64,000 nt of DNA from Dehalococcoidia bacterium (GTDB taxonomy: Bacteria > Chloroflexota > Dehalococcoidia > SHYD01 > SHYC01), in assembly GCA_009693005.1 (NCBI GenBank), contig SHYC01000001.1, positions 3,580-67,579 on the forward strand, given 5' to 3'. Both the position numbers and the translations under genes were made by a program. Below, one piece after another: positions 25,101 through 35,706 of the stretch (position 1 is the stretch's first letter; each line of letters begins with the position of its first letter). Under the pieces are notes generated by a model. It was not told where the DNA came from. It searched no databases and saw only the letters and a list, made by a program, of their open reading frames with translations.

Positions 25101-28084
25101 GTTTGTCGGGAGGTCCTGCGCCTTTTAGCTGTCAGGACTACCAACAGAAAAAGCGGACTGGCGATGACCATACATAAAGTTATCGCCAGTCCGCCCAGTG
25201 TTACTAAAAGCCCTGCCTCCAAAAGCTTGGACTTATACTCAAACTCGACCGTATGCTGCCCCATAGGCACATGCGCAGTCTGGAATAACTGGTTAGCCCG
25301 CAGCACCTCAGTTTCACTTCCATCTATAGTTGCCGACCAACCGGGATAGTAGGACTCTGAGAATACCAAAATGGTGTCCTCACTAGCCGACACTTTTACC
25401 GATACTTTTCCCGGCTTGTATTCCATTACCTCCACAGTTTTTGCGTCTGTAATGTAACTGGGCTTATCCTCCGCCTCAACTTTGCCTTCCTTGTTTTTCC
25501 AGGCTGCGGCCGGGCGGTCTAGTACAACTCTACCCTCAATTCCTCCTGTAATAAGCCTAAAGGCATCTTTGCTGGAATTAGCGATAAGGTAATCTGTTGC
25601 CAGGTACACCCTGGGCAGCCATTTCATGTTTTCGTAGATCTTGAGGTCCCCATAATATATCGGCTTCCAGTCCGGGCTAATAGGAACGGATATACTGGCT
25701 CCAGTCCTTCCGTTAACCAGACTTACAGCGTTGATCACCACCGTACCCTTGTTATTACCAACCGGCTCTATTGAGATGAGCTGAGGATATGTAGGGGTCC
25801 CTAATTCTATCCTTGCCGTGTAGCTGTGTGAATCACGCGCGGAATCATATACGGAGCCTGATGAAGGCAAGCCGTGGAGCGCGCCCCTGTTGGGAGCATC
25901 AGGCGACAAAGCAGAGTCGGCGATCTCTATACCAGCCCTGATAGCATGGTTAGTCCGCTGCCCGTTGCCATCCTCAACTATCACCCTCGCGACGGCCTGA
26001 CCTTGCTGCACAGAGGCGCCATCCTCCAAGCGGGCAACAACTCCGAGGTACGTCGTCGCAAACTCCGGCAGAGCGTTAAGCGTTAGCGGACTAGAGGCGC
26101 TGATCAGTCGCTCAAAGGCCGGATCGTAGTAGACTCCATCTACCCATTGGTCCTTGATTCGATCATCCACAAGATATTTCACATTCAAGAGGCCTGCAAC
26201 TCCGCCGTCCGGCGCAGATTTCAGGCTGAATTGCAAAGGGATATCGACCAAGGCCGTTTCATCATCCATGCCCATCAACAACTGCTTGACCAACAAATAG
26301 CTCTTCAGCGGCAGGACCCCGCCATCGTAACCGTCCAGAGACGACAGTTTTAGCGTCATGCCCGTGTTTGGCAGCAAAACCTCTCGCTGCTTAAGTAGGG
26401 TAAAGTATCTGTATATACCGTCCTTATCCAAATACTTCTCAAGCACAGGCAAGAGTTCGTAGTAGTCGCCGGGAACGTACGATGTGTCTGCTACACTGAG
26501 GTAACGAAAAAGGCCATCCTGTGCCAAAAGGCTCGACATCGCCGGCCGTAAGGATGTGTAAGCCTGCTGTGGGACCATCTGATATACCGGGAGGTCCAGA
26601 CGCGCAAAGGACAGCTCGCCCAGAGTTAGGGACAGCGCCAAGGTGGTAAATACCCTGGACGGAGAAAGGGACCCCCATAAGGCCGCAACCAGCATGGCCA
26701 CTCCGGCCAACAAGGGCCATAACGCCAGCCCATAAGGAGATGGTGCAGTAAAAAAGACCCCTACTAATCGGTAAAATACCACCCATAACGCCGCAATAAT
26801 CGCAGTAATAGATAAGGCCGCAACCAGCCTTGTCCTTAACGGAGGCCGATTCAAACGAGAAGTAGCTAAGGCGCTAAATCCGAGTCCGGCCAGAACCGAT
26901 GCGGCAAAGGTGTATACGAATAACCATCGAGCTGGAACGCGGAGGAACGAGACGCCCGGGAGATGATAGTACATCCACTCAAAGACCGGTGTAGCCCTGC
27001 CAAAAGCCATCGCCAGTCCTAAGAGCAGGATTATCACAAAAAACCAGAGATGCCCGCTTGACCTGCGAGATACTATTGCGGCAACGACCAGCGCCAGAGG
27101 GAAAAATCCGATGTACGCTATATACTCATTGGGGGGATAACCTTCGAAAGCGGGCAGAAGGGCCCTGCCTACCTCCCAGGGTGGCAGAGAAAAAGTCGTT
27201 GCCTCTCGAAGAGAGAAACCGCCCGCCCGGATGGAGTATCTCGCCAGTTCTGCGGTTGGGAGTAATTGTATCCCAGCGATAACGACGCCCAATAACACGA
27301 TGACGCCCAAACACAAAAAAGCTGCTCGAAGGTCACGGAAATATCTAAAGGTTACTCTGGCAGAGCGCGGTACAAGTCTCTGGATACCATAAGAGTCCGC
27401 ATTCGAATGCGGCAATTGATGTAAACCTACATGCTCCCAGGTCTGGCACGCCGCCATAAACATGGTATAGGCGGACATCATTACCAAGCTCATGTAGGCC
27501 TCTTGCGGGTGCCCTGCCAGAAGCTGCATCGCCAGCGTCAGACCACCCAGTGCCATATACAGAGGCCTTCGCCGCCTGATGGATAAGTCTAGGCAAAGGA
27601 AGAGCAGGGGCAGCCACGCTGCGGCGTTGACCTGGTTGATGTGCCCCACCTGCGCGGCAAAAAAGCCGCTTAGCATGAACACCATGCCGGTATAAAATGA
27701 GGCTGCGCGCTCCAGCCTCATAGAAACCCGCGCGAATAGAAACATGAAAGCGCCCGCCATCCAAAGGTGAATGAGATAAGAAAGGGCAACGGCTTTTGGA
27801 ACGTCTAAGAAGGCGAGGGGCCAGTTGAGAGGGTAAAATACGGCGGTCTGTATGTTGGCTATAAAGGGGACGCCGCCAAAAATATAGGGGTCCCAAAGAG
27901 GGAGGCTGAGGGACCTCAAGGCTTCGGACCTCAGCTCCCAGATCGGATAAAAGTAAGTTACTAGATCGTAGTCGATCAGAACATTACGAGAAAATAGCAG
28001 CCCAGGGTGCAGGAAAAGACCAATTAGTCCAAGGAACAGTAGTAGAAGCAGGTCCTTATTGACCGTGCCGGAGGACTTGAACAT
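25097..28084 (-). CDS. YfhO-family polytopic membrane protein; a putative glycosyltransferase that uses undecaprenyl-phosphate-sugar donors
   Basis: 995 aa with many transmembrane segments. An N-terminal YfhO-like region (LVTYFYPIWELRSEALRSLSLPLWDPYIFGGVPF) and a large C-terminal extracytoplasmic domain. Confidence 0.7.
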   Translation of the reverse strand: MFKSSGTVNKDLLLLLFLGLIGLFLHPGLLFSRNVLIDYDLVTYFYPIWELRSEALRSLSLPLWDPYIFGGVPFIANIQTAVFYPLNWPLAFLDVPKAVALSYLIHLWMAGAFMFLFARVSMRLERAASFYTGMVFMLSGFFAAQVGHINQVNAAAWLPLLFLCLDLSIRRRRPLYMALGGLTLAMQLLAGHPQEAYMSLVMMSAYTMFMAACQTWEHVGLHQLPHSNADSYGIQRLVPRSARVTFRYFRDLRAAFLCLGVIVLLGVVIAGIQLLPTAELARYSIRAGGFSLREATTFSLPPWEVGRALLPAFEGYPPNEYIAYIGFFPLALVVAAIVSRRSSGHLWFFVIILLLGLAMAFGRATPVFEWMYYHLPGVSFLRVPARWLFVYTFAASVLAGLGFSALATSRLNRPPLRTRLVAALSITAIIAALWVVFYRLVGVFFTAPSPYGLALWPLLAGVAMLVAALWGSLSPSRVFTTLALSLTLGELSFARLDLPVYQMVPQQAYTSLRPAMSSLLAQDGLFRYLSVADTSYVPGDYYELLPVLEKYLDKDGIYRYFTLLKQREVLLPNTGMTLKLSSLDGYDGGVLPLKSYLLVKQLLMGMDDETALVDIPLQFSLKSAPDGGVAGLLNVKYLVDDRIKDQWVDGVYYDPAFERLISASSPLTLNALPEFATTYLGVVARLEDGASVQQGQAVARVIVEDGNGQRTNHAIRAGIEIADSALSPDAPNRGALHGLPSSGSVYDSARDSHSYTARIELGTPTYPQLISIEPVGNNKGTVVINAVSLVNGRTGASISVPISPDWKPIYYGDLKIYENMKWLPRVYLATDYLIANSSKDAFRLITGGIEGRVVLDRPAAAWKNKEGKVEAEDKPSYITDAKTVEVMEYKPGKVSVKVSASEDTILVFSESYYPGWSATIDGSETEVLRANQLFQTAHVPMGQHTVEFEYKSKLLEAGLLVTLGGLAITLCMVIASPLFLLVVLTAKRRRTSRQT

Positions 28085-28097
28085 TCTATTTGCTTAT

Positions 28098-28523
28098 CTA
28101 TCGGGAGTATCTATAGCCGTCCTCGTCACGAGGCGGCTTTTCATCGGGAAACTCGCGATGGCTCAGATAGCACCACTCTCTCCACGTATTCGGAAAGTCT
28201 TTGCAGTGCTCCGGACGGTCCTTATATATCGTGCAAAGTTTGTCCTTACCCAGGAAGGTGCACGGAGTCGCGTGCATGACCCATCCGGGACTTTTCACGC
28301 CATTTTGGTCACGAACGTAGTCCATAATAGTAGGCTGCTCGACGTGCATTTTGTCAGCAAGGCGGAGCATGCGTTCAGCCTCCTCCTCGCTCAACTCAAC
28401 AAAGCCCCATGAGCAGCAGGCCGCCCTGCACACCGTAGAACATAGGGCCTTATCAGTCACTACTTCAAGCCGCGGCTTAACCGGACGACGTCTTGCAGCC
28501 ATATCGCGTACCATACCTTTCAT
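28098..28523 (-). CDS. YkgJ-family cysteine-cluster protein (CxxCxxCC putative Zn/Fe-chelating domain)
   Basis: CSTVCRAACCS motif; 141 aa. Confidence 0.7.
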   Translation of the reverse strand: MKGMVRDMAARRRPVKPRLEVVTDKALCSTVCRAACCSWGFVELSEEEAERMLRLADKMHVEQPTIMDYVRDQNGVKSPGWVMHATPCTFLGKDKLCTIYKDRPEHCKDFPNTWREWCYLSHREFPDEKPPRDEDGYRYSR

Positions 28524-28640
28524 GCCTACTTAGTTTAAGGACTTATTCGCACTAAGAGCGAGAGGCGCTCCCTACCTAACTTCTCTCCTGGAGGGACAGC
28601 ATTTCCACCTAATAGGAAGACTGTGGAAAAATCAACTGAG

Positions 28641-29321
28641 CTACGGAAAAAACCTGAACCTTATTAGAGTCGATACTACTGAGAAGCCGTCCCTCCACCG
28701 TATCTTCTTACCTTCGGTAGTCTGCCGTCCCCGGTATGAGATAGGAATCTCCTTGATATTATAACCCATCCTCAGGATTTTAGCGGTGATCTCGGGGTCA
28801 AAGCCCCACCTGGTTGATTCCAAGTCCAGGCGTTTCGCTACCTCTGAAGTGAACACCTTATAGCAGGTCTCTACGTCGGTAAGCTTGGCGCCCAACAGGA
28901 GGTTGGCAATAAGGGTAATCATGCGGTTGCCCAGGTCGTAGCTCCACCCCATGTGCAGTCTGTTTCCTCTAAAACGGGAGCCGTACACCACCTTGGCGTC
29001 TCCATTCAAGATCGGGGCCAGCAGCTTTGGGTAGTCCGCGGGGTCATATTCCAGGTCGGCATCCTGGATAACAATAATATCCCCTCTCGCTTCTTTAAGG
29101 CCGGTGCGTACGGCTGCTCCCTTGCCAATATTCCGAGGATGCCGCAGAAATATTGTGCCTGCTACTTTAGCCTCTTCCAGCAGTATATCAGCCGAGCCGT
29201 CGGAGGAGCAGTCGTCTATGCAGATGATCTCCTTCTCAATAGGCACCGCCCGGACCTGGGATAGCAGCTCTCTTATTGTAGCGACCTCGTTATACACCGG
29301 GACAACAACCGAAAGCAGCAT
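28641..29321 (-). CDS. Glycosyltransferase family 2 (DPM1/CsbB-like polyprenyl-phosphate sugar synthase)
   Basis: LSVVVPVYNE...DDCSSDGS...IQDADLEYDP motifs. Confidence 0.85.
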   Translation of the reverse strand: MLLSVVVPVYNEVATIRELLSQVRAVPIEKEIICIDDCSSDGSADILLEEAKVAGTIFLRHPRNIGKGAAVRTGLKEARGDIIVIQDADLEYDPADYPKLLAPILNGDAKVVYGSRFRGNRLHMGWSYDLGNRMITLIANLLLGAKLTDVETCYKVFTSEVAKRLDLESTRWGFDPEITAKILRMGYNIKEIPISYRGRQTTEGKKIRWRDGFSVVSTLIRFRFFP

Positions 29322-29404
29322 AATCTCCCTTCAGCATGAACAATGCGTATGCTGAATTTACTAAGTCTCTTACGTACTCGAAAATAGAATTGAAACGGTC
29401 ATAA

Positions 29405-30184
29405 CTAGACCTCTATCCGATACTTAGATAGGTCTGTTATCCCCATCTCATTCATCGCCTGTATATCGGTCAAGGCGTGACCCGTGTACTCAGAAGGATC
29501 GTGGGATATTATGTACAGTGCAGCGTCAGCCACTACATCAGTGCTAAGCCAGTCCGGTTGTACACCCTTGTAAACGTAACGCATACCCTCGGAGTCCCGC
29601 TGCCCTTCAGGCCACAAGCAGTTGACCGCTATATTATGCTCGGCCAACTCTTTGGCGAGTCCGGCCGAAAAGATAGTGATACCCATCTTATGTACCTGCT
29701 GGGCAATGGAGCCTGTCCCGATGTTCTTCAGGTCTACCGGAGGCGAAATGTTGATAACATGCCCCCACCTCTGCTGGACCATAGTCGGCAGCACAGCCCT
29801 TGTACATACGAAGGTAGCCCGCAGGTTCACCTGGTTCATGAGGTCCCATCTGCGTATTGGCGTATCCAGAATTGGAGCGCGGAACAGGGCGGCAGCGTTA
29901 TTGACCAAGATATCGATTCTCCCGAACTCTTGAAGAGTACTTTGAACCATGTTCTCTACATCCTCATCATTGCTCACATCTGTCCTGACCGCCAGCACTC
30001 TGCTTCCTACTCTCGAAATCTGCTCCGCGCTCTGATGAATGGTACCATCGAGGGGGCCACCTTCGGACTCTGTTCTTGCCGCAACCACCACATTGGCCCC
30101 AGCCCGTGCCAGAGCAAGAGCTATGGCCCGCCCAATGCCCCGGCTAGCGCCGGTAACTATCGCGACTCTATCTTTTAATTCCAT
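29405..30184 (-). CDS. SDR-family oxidoreductase
   Basis: VAIVTGASRGIGRAIALALARAGANVVVAAR Rossmann motif. Confidence 0.85.
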   Translation of the reverse strand: MELKDRVAIVTGASRGIGRAIALALARAGANVVVAARTESEGGPLDGTIHQSAEQISRVGSRVLAVRTDVSNDEDVENMVQSTLQEFGRIDILVNNAAALFRAPILDTPIRRWDLMNQVNLRATFVCTRAVLPTMVQQRWGHVINISPPVDLKNIGTGSIAQQVHKMGITIFSAGLAKELAEHNIAVNCLWPEGQRDSEGMRYVYKGVQPDWLSTDVVADAALYIISHDPSEYTGHALTDIQAMNEMGITDLSKYRIEV

Positions 30185-31202
30185 CTTTGGCGTACAACCC
30201 CTCCAGCTCAGATTTCGGCTCTCGCTCCATCAACTGTCGGGCAGCAATTCTTATATCGTAACCCTCAAACAATATCTTGTACATACCCTCTGTGATAGGC
30301 ATACTCACGCCCAGATCATTCGCCAGCTGTCTGGTAGCCCTGGTGGTAGGTATGCCCTCCGCAACGCTGCCCATTTCGGTCAGTATTTCAGCCAGCGGCC
30401 GTCCTTTAGCCAGCTCCTCACCAACCCGCCGGTTACGACTCAGTGGGCTAGAGCTGGTAGCCACCAGGTCGCCAAGACCGGCCAAGCCCAAAAAGGTAAG
30501 GGGACTAGCTCCGGCGGCTACTCCAAGCCTGGTTATCTCTGCCAGCCCTCTGGTAAGAAAAGCCGCTTTGGCGTTATGGCCGTATCCCCATCCATCGCTT
30601 ATCCCAGCCCCAAGAGCAATAATGTTCTTCAGCGCTCCCGCCAGCTCTACTCCAATTACGTCCGAACTGGAATAGGCTCGAAAGTTATTGGTCATAACCG
30701 TATTTCTTACCTGATCTGCTGTCTCTATGCTTGAGCACGCCACTACTGTAGCGGAAGGTTGACCGATAGCGATCTCTCTGGACAGATTAGGTCCGGAAAG
30801 TACGCATACACGGCTCGGATCTGCTATACCGGAATCCTCATGTATTACTGAGGACATTCTGAGTCCGGTATCCATCTCAATACCCTTGGAAGCGCTCATA
30901 ATAACGGCAGATTTCGGGACAAATTCCCGTATGATACGGATATTGCGCCTCATAGTCTGAGACGGCACCGCGATGATGACCAGTTGACTGGCCTCCAGTG
31001 CCTCGTCCAAAGCCGCGGTTACAATGAGGGAGGGGGGGAACATGATGCCGGGAAGCCGCTTTGCGTATTCCCTCTCGCTATTGAGCACATCCGCCTCAGC
31101 ATCACTACGGGCCAAAAGGTATATGCGGGGATACTTTTTAGCCAGGACAACCGCCAGCGTAGTACCCCATGCCGTGGTGCCTACAACAGTGACTTTTTCC
31201 AT
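30168..31202 (-). CDS. gpsA: NAD(P)H-dependent glycerol-3-phosphate dehydrogenase
   Basis: 344 aa with the GpsA N-terminus. Sits in the conserved der-plsY-gpsA arrangement. Confidence 0.9.
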   Translation of the reverse strand: MEKVTVVGTTAWGTTLAVVLAKKYPRIYLLARSDAEADVLNSEREYAKRLPGIMFPPSLIVTAALDEALEASQLVIIAVPSQTMRRNIRIIREFVPKSAVIMSASKGIEMDTGLRMSSVIHEDSGIADPSRVCVLSGPNLSREIAIGQPSATVVACSSIETADQVRNTVMTNNFRAYSSSDVIGVELAGALKNIIALGAGISDGWGYGHNAKAAFLTRGLAEITRLGVAAGASPLTFLGLAGLGDLVATSSSPLSRNRRVGEELAKGRPLAEILTEMGSVAEGIPTTRATRQLANDLGVSMPITEGMYKILFEGYDIRIAARQLMEREPKSELEGLYAKDGIKR

Positions 31203-31239
31203 AAGAGTAAGCTAGCCCCCATCACTACCCGAAATAATA

Positions 31240-31845
31240 CTATATTTGGTCTCCCAGCTTGTGCTCTCTCCCTTTCAGTAACCTTTCCAGGTTGCCACGG
31301 TGTTTGAACAGTATCATGCTCGTCCCAATAACAACATAGGTGAAGTGCGGGGAAGATATATTACCTAGCAAGAAAAGAAGAGCTGTTACGATCATCACAA
31401 GCGACGTCCCTATAATGGAGCCAAGGGACACGTACCTACTAGCCACCATTACGGCCACGCCCAAGGCGATAATGATGGTCGCCAGCCATGGAGACAGCAA
31501 GATAAAGCCTCCTAGTCCTGTGGCTACGCCGCGGCCACCACGAAAGCCCATATAAATCGACCAATTATGTCCGGCCAGGGCACCCAAAGCGGCCAGTATC
31601 TTGAGCACCTCAACGTCGGTAAAAGCGGCGACGGCCACGACAGGCAGCATCCCCTTAAAAAAGTCGCCCACCAATACTGCGGCAGACGCTTTCGGACCAA
31701 GCACCCTTAAAGCATTGGTGGCGCCGGTGTTGCCGCTGCCGTAGCGTCGTATGTCTATCCCCCTTACCGCTTTCCCCATCAAAAGCCCGGTTGGGATAGA
31801 CCCAAGCAGATAGCTCGCCACTAGAACAACGATGTAGGTTAACAC
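31240..31845 (-). CDS. plsY: Glycerol-3-phosphate acyltransferase PlsY
   Basis: LGSIPTGLLMGKA...GSGNTGATNALR signature. Confidence 0.9.
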   Translation of the reverse strand: MLTYIVVLVASYLLGSIPTGLLMGKAVRGIDIRRYGSGNTGATNALRVLGPKASAAVLVGDFFKGMLPVVAVAAFTDVEVLKILAALGALAGHNWSIYMGFRGGRGVATGLGGFILLSPWLATIIIALGVAVMVASRYVSLGSIIGTSLVMIVTALLFLLGNISSPHFTYVVIGTSMILFKHRGNLERLLKGREHKLGDQI

Positions 31846-33161
31846 TACCTTCCCTCGCGGCCCCTGAAGATAACGTGCAAAGGTGTTCCCTGGTATCCAA
31901 AGATGGCGCGTATGCGGTTTTCTACATACCTTCTATGGCTAAAATGGAGCAAAGACGCATCATTGACAAATAGCACGAAGGTGGGCGGAGAAGTTTGGAC
32001 TTGAGTCGCATAATACAACCGGGCCTGGCGGCCACCTATGGATGGAGTGTGGTGGGAGAAGGCGTCATGGGCTATGTCATTTAGCACCGCAGTTGGAACT
32101 CTTTTTCTTCTCTCTTCACCCACAGCAACCACTTGTTCGAGCATCTTGTCTATGCCACGGCCATATTTGGCAGAGACAAACACAACCGGGACGCTGGGCA
32201 AGAAGCGCATCCGCTGTCTGACAATCGCAAGGGCTTCGTCACGCTCTACGCTCAACTCTTCAGAGAGATCCCACTTGTTAACAGCAACTACGATACTTTT
32301 GTACGACTCCTGTGCATATCCCGCCACGTGCATATCCTGGGCCGTCATAAGATCCACGGGCTCAGTGACAACCACAGCCACGTCGGCTCGCTCAATCGCT
32401 CTCATGGAGCGCATAACACTGTAGCGCTCTATACCCTGGTCGACCTTGCCCCGTCTTCGCAACCCTGCGGTATCTATAAGGACCATCTTGTGCGCTGAGT
32501 AGTCAAAAGCGGTGTCTATTGCATCTCTGGTGGTGCCAGGGATCGGGCTAACTATAACCCTTTCTTCACCGATGATAGCGTTTATGAGCATGGACTTGCC
32601 CACATTCGGCCTGCCGACAATAGCAACCTTCAACTGCTCCTCAGCTGGTTCGGCCGTTACCTGAGGCAACAGCGAAGTTACCTCTTCCATCAGCTCCCTG
32701 ATCCCGATGCCATGATGAGCGCTGATGGGAATTGGGTCTCCCAGGGACAGCTGATAAAACTCAACCGCGTTCTTTTCCCTTGCGGGATTGTCGACCTTAT
32801 TTACAGCCAGCACGACAGGCCGCCCCGACATTCTCAATATCTTTGCGGTCTCATAATCCGAAGCAATGGCGCCTGTCACGACATCGACAACAAAGATAAT
32901 AACGTCGGCGTTTCTTATCGCTATCTCAGCCTGTCCCAATGACATCGCTGTGATATCATCCTTGGCTTCCACATCTATACCGCCGGTATCCAGAAGAGTA
33001 AACGCGTATCTATCCCACGAAATATCGAGGCTCAGGCGGTCCCGTGTTGTGCCCGGGATCTCTGATACTATCGCAATGTTTTCTTTCACCAGGCGATTAA
33101 AGAGCGTGGACTTACCCGTGTTGGGCCGTCCCACTATAGCTACAACTGGCAATCTGTCCAT
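31845..33161 (-). CDS. der: Ribosome-biogenesis GTPase Der (EngA), with two tandem G domains
   Basis: VVAIVGRPNTGKSTLFNRL and a second VAIVGRPNVGKSMLINA. Confidence 0.9.
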   Translation of the reverse strand: MDRLPVVAIVGRPNTGKSTLFNRLVKENIAIVSEIPGTTRDRLSLDISWDRYAFTLLDTGGIDVEAKDDITAMSLGQAEIAIRNADVIIFVVDVVTGAIASDYETAKILRMSGRPVVLAVNKVDNPAREKNAVEFYQLSLGDPIPISAHHGIGIRELMEEVTSLLPQVTAEPAEEQLKVAIVGRPNVGKSMLINAIIGEERVIVSPIPGTTRDAIDTAFDYSAHKMVLIDTAGLRRRGKVDQGIERYSVMRSMRAIERADVAVVVTEPVDLMTAQDMHVAGYAQESYKSIVVAVNKWDLSEELSVERDEALAIVRQRMRFLPSVPVVFVSAKYGRGIDKMLEQVVAVGEERRKRVPTAVLNDIAHDAFSHHTPSIGGRQARLYYATQVQTSPPTFVLFVNDASLLHFSHRRYVENRIRAIFGYQGTPLHVIFRGREGR

Positions 33162-33441
33162 TATCTAGTTCCTTTGAAATATAGGCGTTTGTTTACGCTA
33201 CAAAAGACACAGGGCATTTTGATCTATCGTGGCGCAGGCGCAATCCGGGCGTGACCAGAGTTGCTGGAACTGTATTGTATCATCTTTGCTGCAGCATTAG
33301 GCGGCCGTCGCCCACGGTCTTTTCGGGCCGAGACAAAGCCTGAGAACACTCACCCTAACTCCTACCGTAAAGCGAGTCTTGCTCTTGTTACAAACTCTGG
33401 GCACACTCTGGAAGCCCAGGCGCTCCATTACAAACATGAAG

Positions 33442-34704
33442 TTATTTAATAGTTACCTGGACCTTGTCAGGAGAAAGCTTTACCAGCGTAAGATTAGGAG
33501 GCAGTGACAAACTGACATCTACAGTAAACGTGCCAACTCCCTTGTTCTCGAGGCGTAAAGATACCGGAATATCAGCCTGAGTGAGCTTAGACAGTACCGG
33601 CGCCGGCCCTGCCAGAGTGACCTCTATCGCTGATACATCTAAGATAGCAGCGCGACCGGCGGCCAGTCCAGGTAACCCTGGTGTTATCTGAAAGATCCTT
33701 ACGCCATCGGCCGGCAGCACTTTGATATCCACGCGTATTTGGGTGGAAGTGACGAGACGCAGCTCATTCGGCAAATTGAGGGGCAATAGTTGAGATATGT
33801 CACTTATGGACCCCGAGATGTCAAGTGGTCGCGTCTTCAAAAAGCTGATGGTCTGCAGAAGGTCCCTTGGTCCGACTATGGCGACCGTGGCCGGAGAGAC
33901 ACTCACGGATGAAACCCAGTAACCGTTTTGAGGCCCGCCAACAACATTCGGAAGTACCGGTACCTCCAGAAAGTCCACCTCTCTGCTAATCGGGATCTGA
34001 AGAGCGATGGTCGGCGGGTCAACGCGGACTTGTTGTACATCGTAACCGCTCCCAGTGCCTGGAACGAGCAGTATAACTTGCCGCAGGTCAGACTTCAACC
34101 CCTTCAGATCGACATCAGCAGACACCAGGTCAACAAGTTCCACAAGCCTGGCTGGGCCGGATATGTTAGCTACATTTATGGGCAGGTCCACTTGTGACAC
34201 AATGTACCCTTGAGGAGGCCCATCAGTTATGTTCAGCCTTACAGGCACACTCTTGCTTTTAATGACGTCCAGCTCTACTCCAACCCTGGCAGGCAGAACA
34301 TCTCTTACGATCACTCTGGAATCTTTAGAGTGCAGTCGCACCGGGACATCACGCTTACCCTGCCCCAGCTCGGACAGGTCTATACTGGCTTCGAATGTGT
34401 TGGCGTCTACGCCTTTCCATATGTCCTGAGGCGCGGAAATTCTGACCGATACCCGCTCAAGTTCTCCCACCGACGCCAGGCCTGTTGGCACATTTACCGG
34501 CTGCACTGTTATCAACTCGGACACAATCCCGTCTCTCGGAGGGTTTTGCTCGCTCGTTACAAAAACCCAAAGCACGGTGGATAACGCCAAGGACAGAAAG
34601 CCGATGCCCAAATTGCTTTGGACGGAATGGGCAAACCCAACAACCGCAAAAATCGACCATTTCCACAGCTGTACCAGCAAGTCAGGTGCACTACGGAATT
34701 TCAT
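33442..34704 (-). CDS. cdaR: YbbR-domain protein CdaR (regulator of diadenylate cyclase)
   Basis: 420 aa with repeated YbbR-like modules. Overlaps the cdaA stop by 4 nt. Confidence 0.75.
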   Translation of the reverse strand: MKFRSAPDLLVQLWKWSIFAVVGFAHSVQSNLGIGFLSLALSTVLWVFVTSEQNPPRDGIVSELITVQPVNVPTGLASVGELERVSVRISAPQDIWKGVDANTFEASIDLSELGQGKRDVPVRLHSKDSRVIVRDVLPARVGVELDVIKSKSVPVRLNITDGPPQGYIVSQVDLPINVANISGPARLVELVDLVSADVDLKGLKSDLRQVILLVPGTGSGYDVQQVRVDPPTIALQIPISREVDFLEVPVLPNVVGGPQNGYWVSSVSVSPATVAIVGPRDLLQTISFLKTRPLDISGSISDISQLLPLNLPNELRLVTSTQIRVDIKVLPADGVRIFQITPGLPGLAAGRAAILDVSAIEVTLAGPAPVLSKLTQADIPVSLRLENKGVGTFTVDVSLSLPPNLTLVKLSPDKVQVTIK

Positions 34705-35519
34705 GATCTGCTTAGAACCGCGCCATTGGTATTATTTACCGGTGCTGATCCGTATAGTGTACCGAGCAGACCTCTAAGCTTTGACACATCGAGATCGGTC
34801 TCCAGCTGACCATTGGTCGCAATAGATATTCTTCCGGTCTCCTCCGAGACAACCACGGCTACAGCGTCGCTGCGCTCTGATATTCCAACTGCGGCCCGGT
34901 GCCTTGTGCCAAAGAGATGTCCACTCGTATTATCAGAGAGTGGCAACACGCATCTGGCAGCCACTACCCGTCCCCGGCGTATTATCACCGCGCCATCATG
35001 CAAAGGTGAATTGGGAAGAAAGAGCCCAACGAGCAGACCGGACGAAGGTTCTGCGTCCAGCGTGACGCCCCGTTCTACAAAGTCCTGTAAGCCAGTCTCC
35101 TTCTCCAGAACCATCAATGCGCCGTGTCTTCTTTGGGAAAGAGTGGCGCAGGCATCGCTGACGCTTTCGATAGTGTGTGACACCGCGGTATCCGGAGTGT
35201 TCATTACTGTGAATCTCCTGCCAACCTGTTCAAGGACTCTACGTAGCTCGGGCTGGAAGAGGACCGGAATAATAACGAGGAGGGCAGGAAGGGAATTCTT
35301 TAGTAGCCAGCTTAAGACAGTCAATTCAAAGACGCTGCTGATAACAAACCCTATTACCAGTACCGCGGCGACCCCTCGCAAAAGCGTGACGGCAGTAGTG
35401 CCTTTAAGCAGAATCATTACCCAGTACAGGATAAAGGCTATCGTTATGATGTCGATAATGCTGCGCAGGCTAAAGCGGGCTATTATGAGTCCTACATCTA
35501 CAGGCAGAAAGTTAGGCAT
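34701..35519 (-). CDS. cdaA: Diadenylate cyclase CdaA (DisA_N domain; c-di-AMP synthase)
   Basis: N-terminal transmembrane helices followed by DisA_N motifs (DGAVII, TRHRAA). Confidence 0.85.
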   Translation of the reverse strand: MPNFLPVDVGLIIARFSLRSIIDIITIAFILYWVMILLKGTTAVTLLRGVAAVLVIGFVISSVFELTVLSWLLKNSLPALLVIIPVLFQPELRRVLEQVGRRFTVMNTPDTAVSHTIESVSDACATLSQRRHGALMVLEKETGLQDFVERGVTLDAEPSSGLLVGLFLPNSPLHDGAVIIRRGRVVAARCVLPLSDNTSGHLFGTRHRAAVGISERSDAVAVVVSEETGRISIATNGQLETDLDVSKLRGLLGTLYGSAPVNNTNGAVLSRS

Positions 35520-35706
35520 GGCGACTTGCCTCGGGATTACGCTTTCGTGAACTATTATCTACATCCATTAGATTATCCCGAACATAGGATTGGCACAGTC
35601 GTTGCTGGGCCGGCATGAGAGGCCGAAGTTGAAGTTGGTATTCCCCCGGGCGACCGGACAGCTTCAACCTCCGTGGTGCCGGCAAAGATGCTTGCGGTTT
35701 GGCTGT

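Noticed and set aside
33162-33441. 280 nt non-coding gap between der and cdaR, considered as a possible structured RNA (6S or SRP-like)
   Set aside because: I could not fold a convincing conserved structure or recognise a known RNA family by eye. It would need a covariance-model scan.
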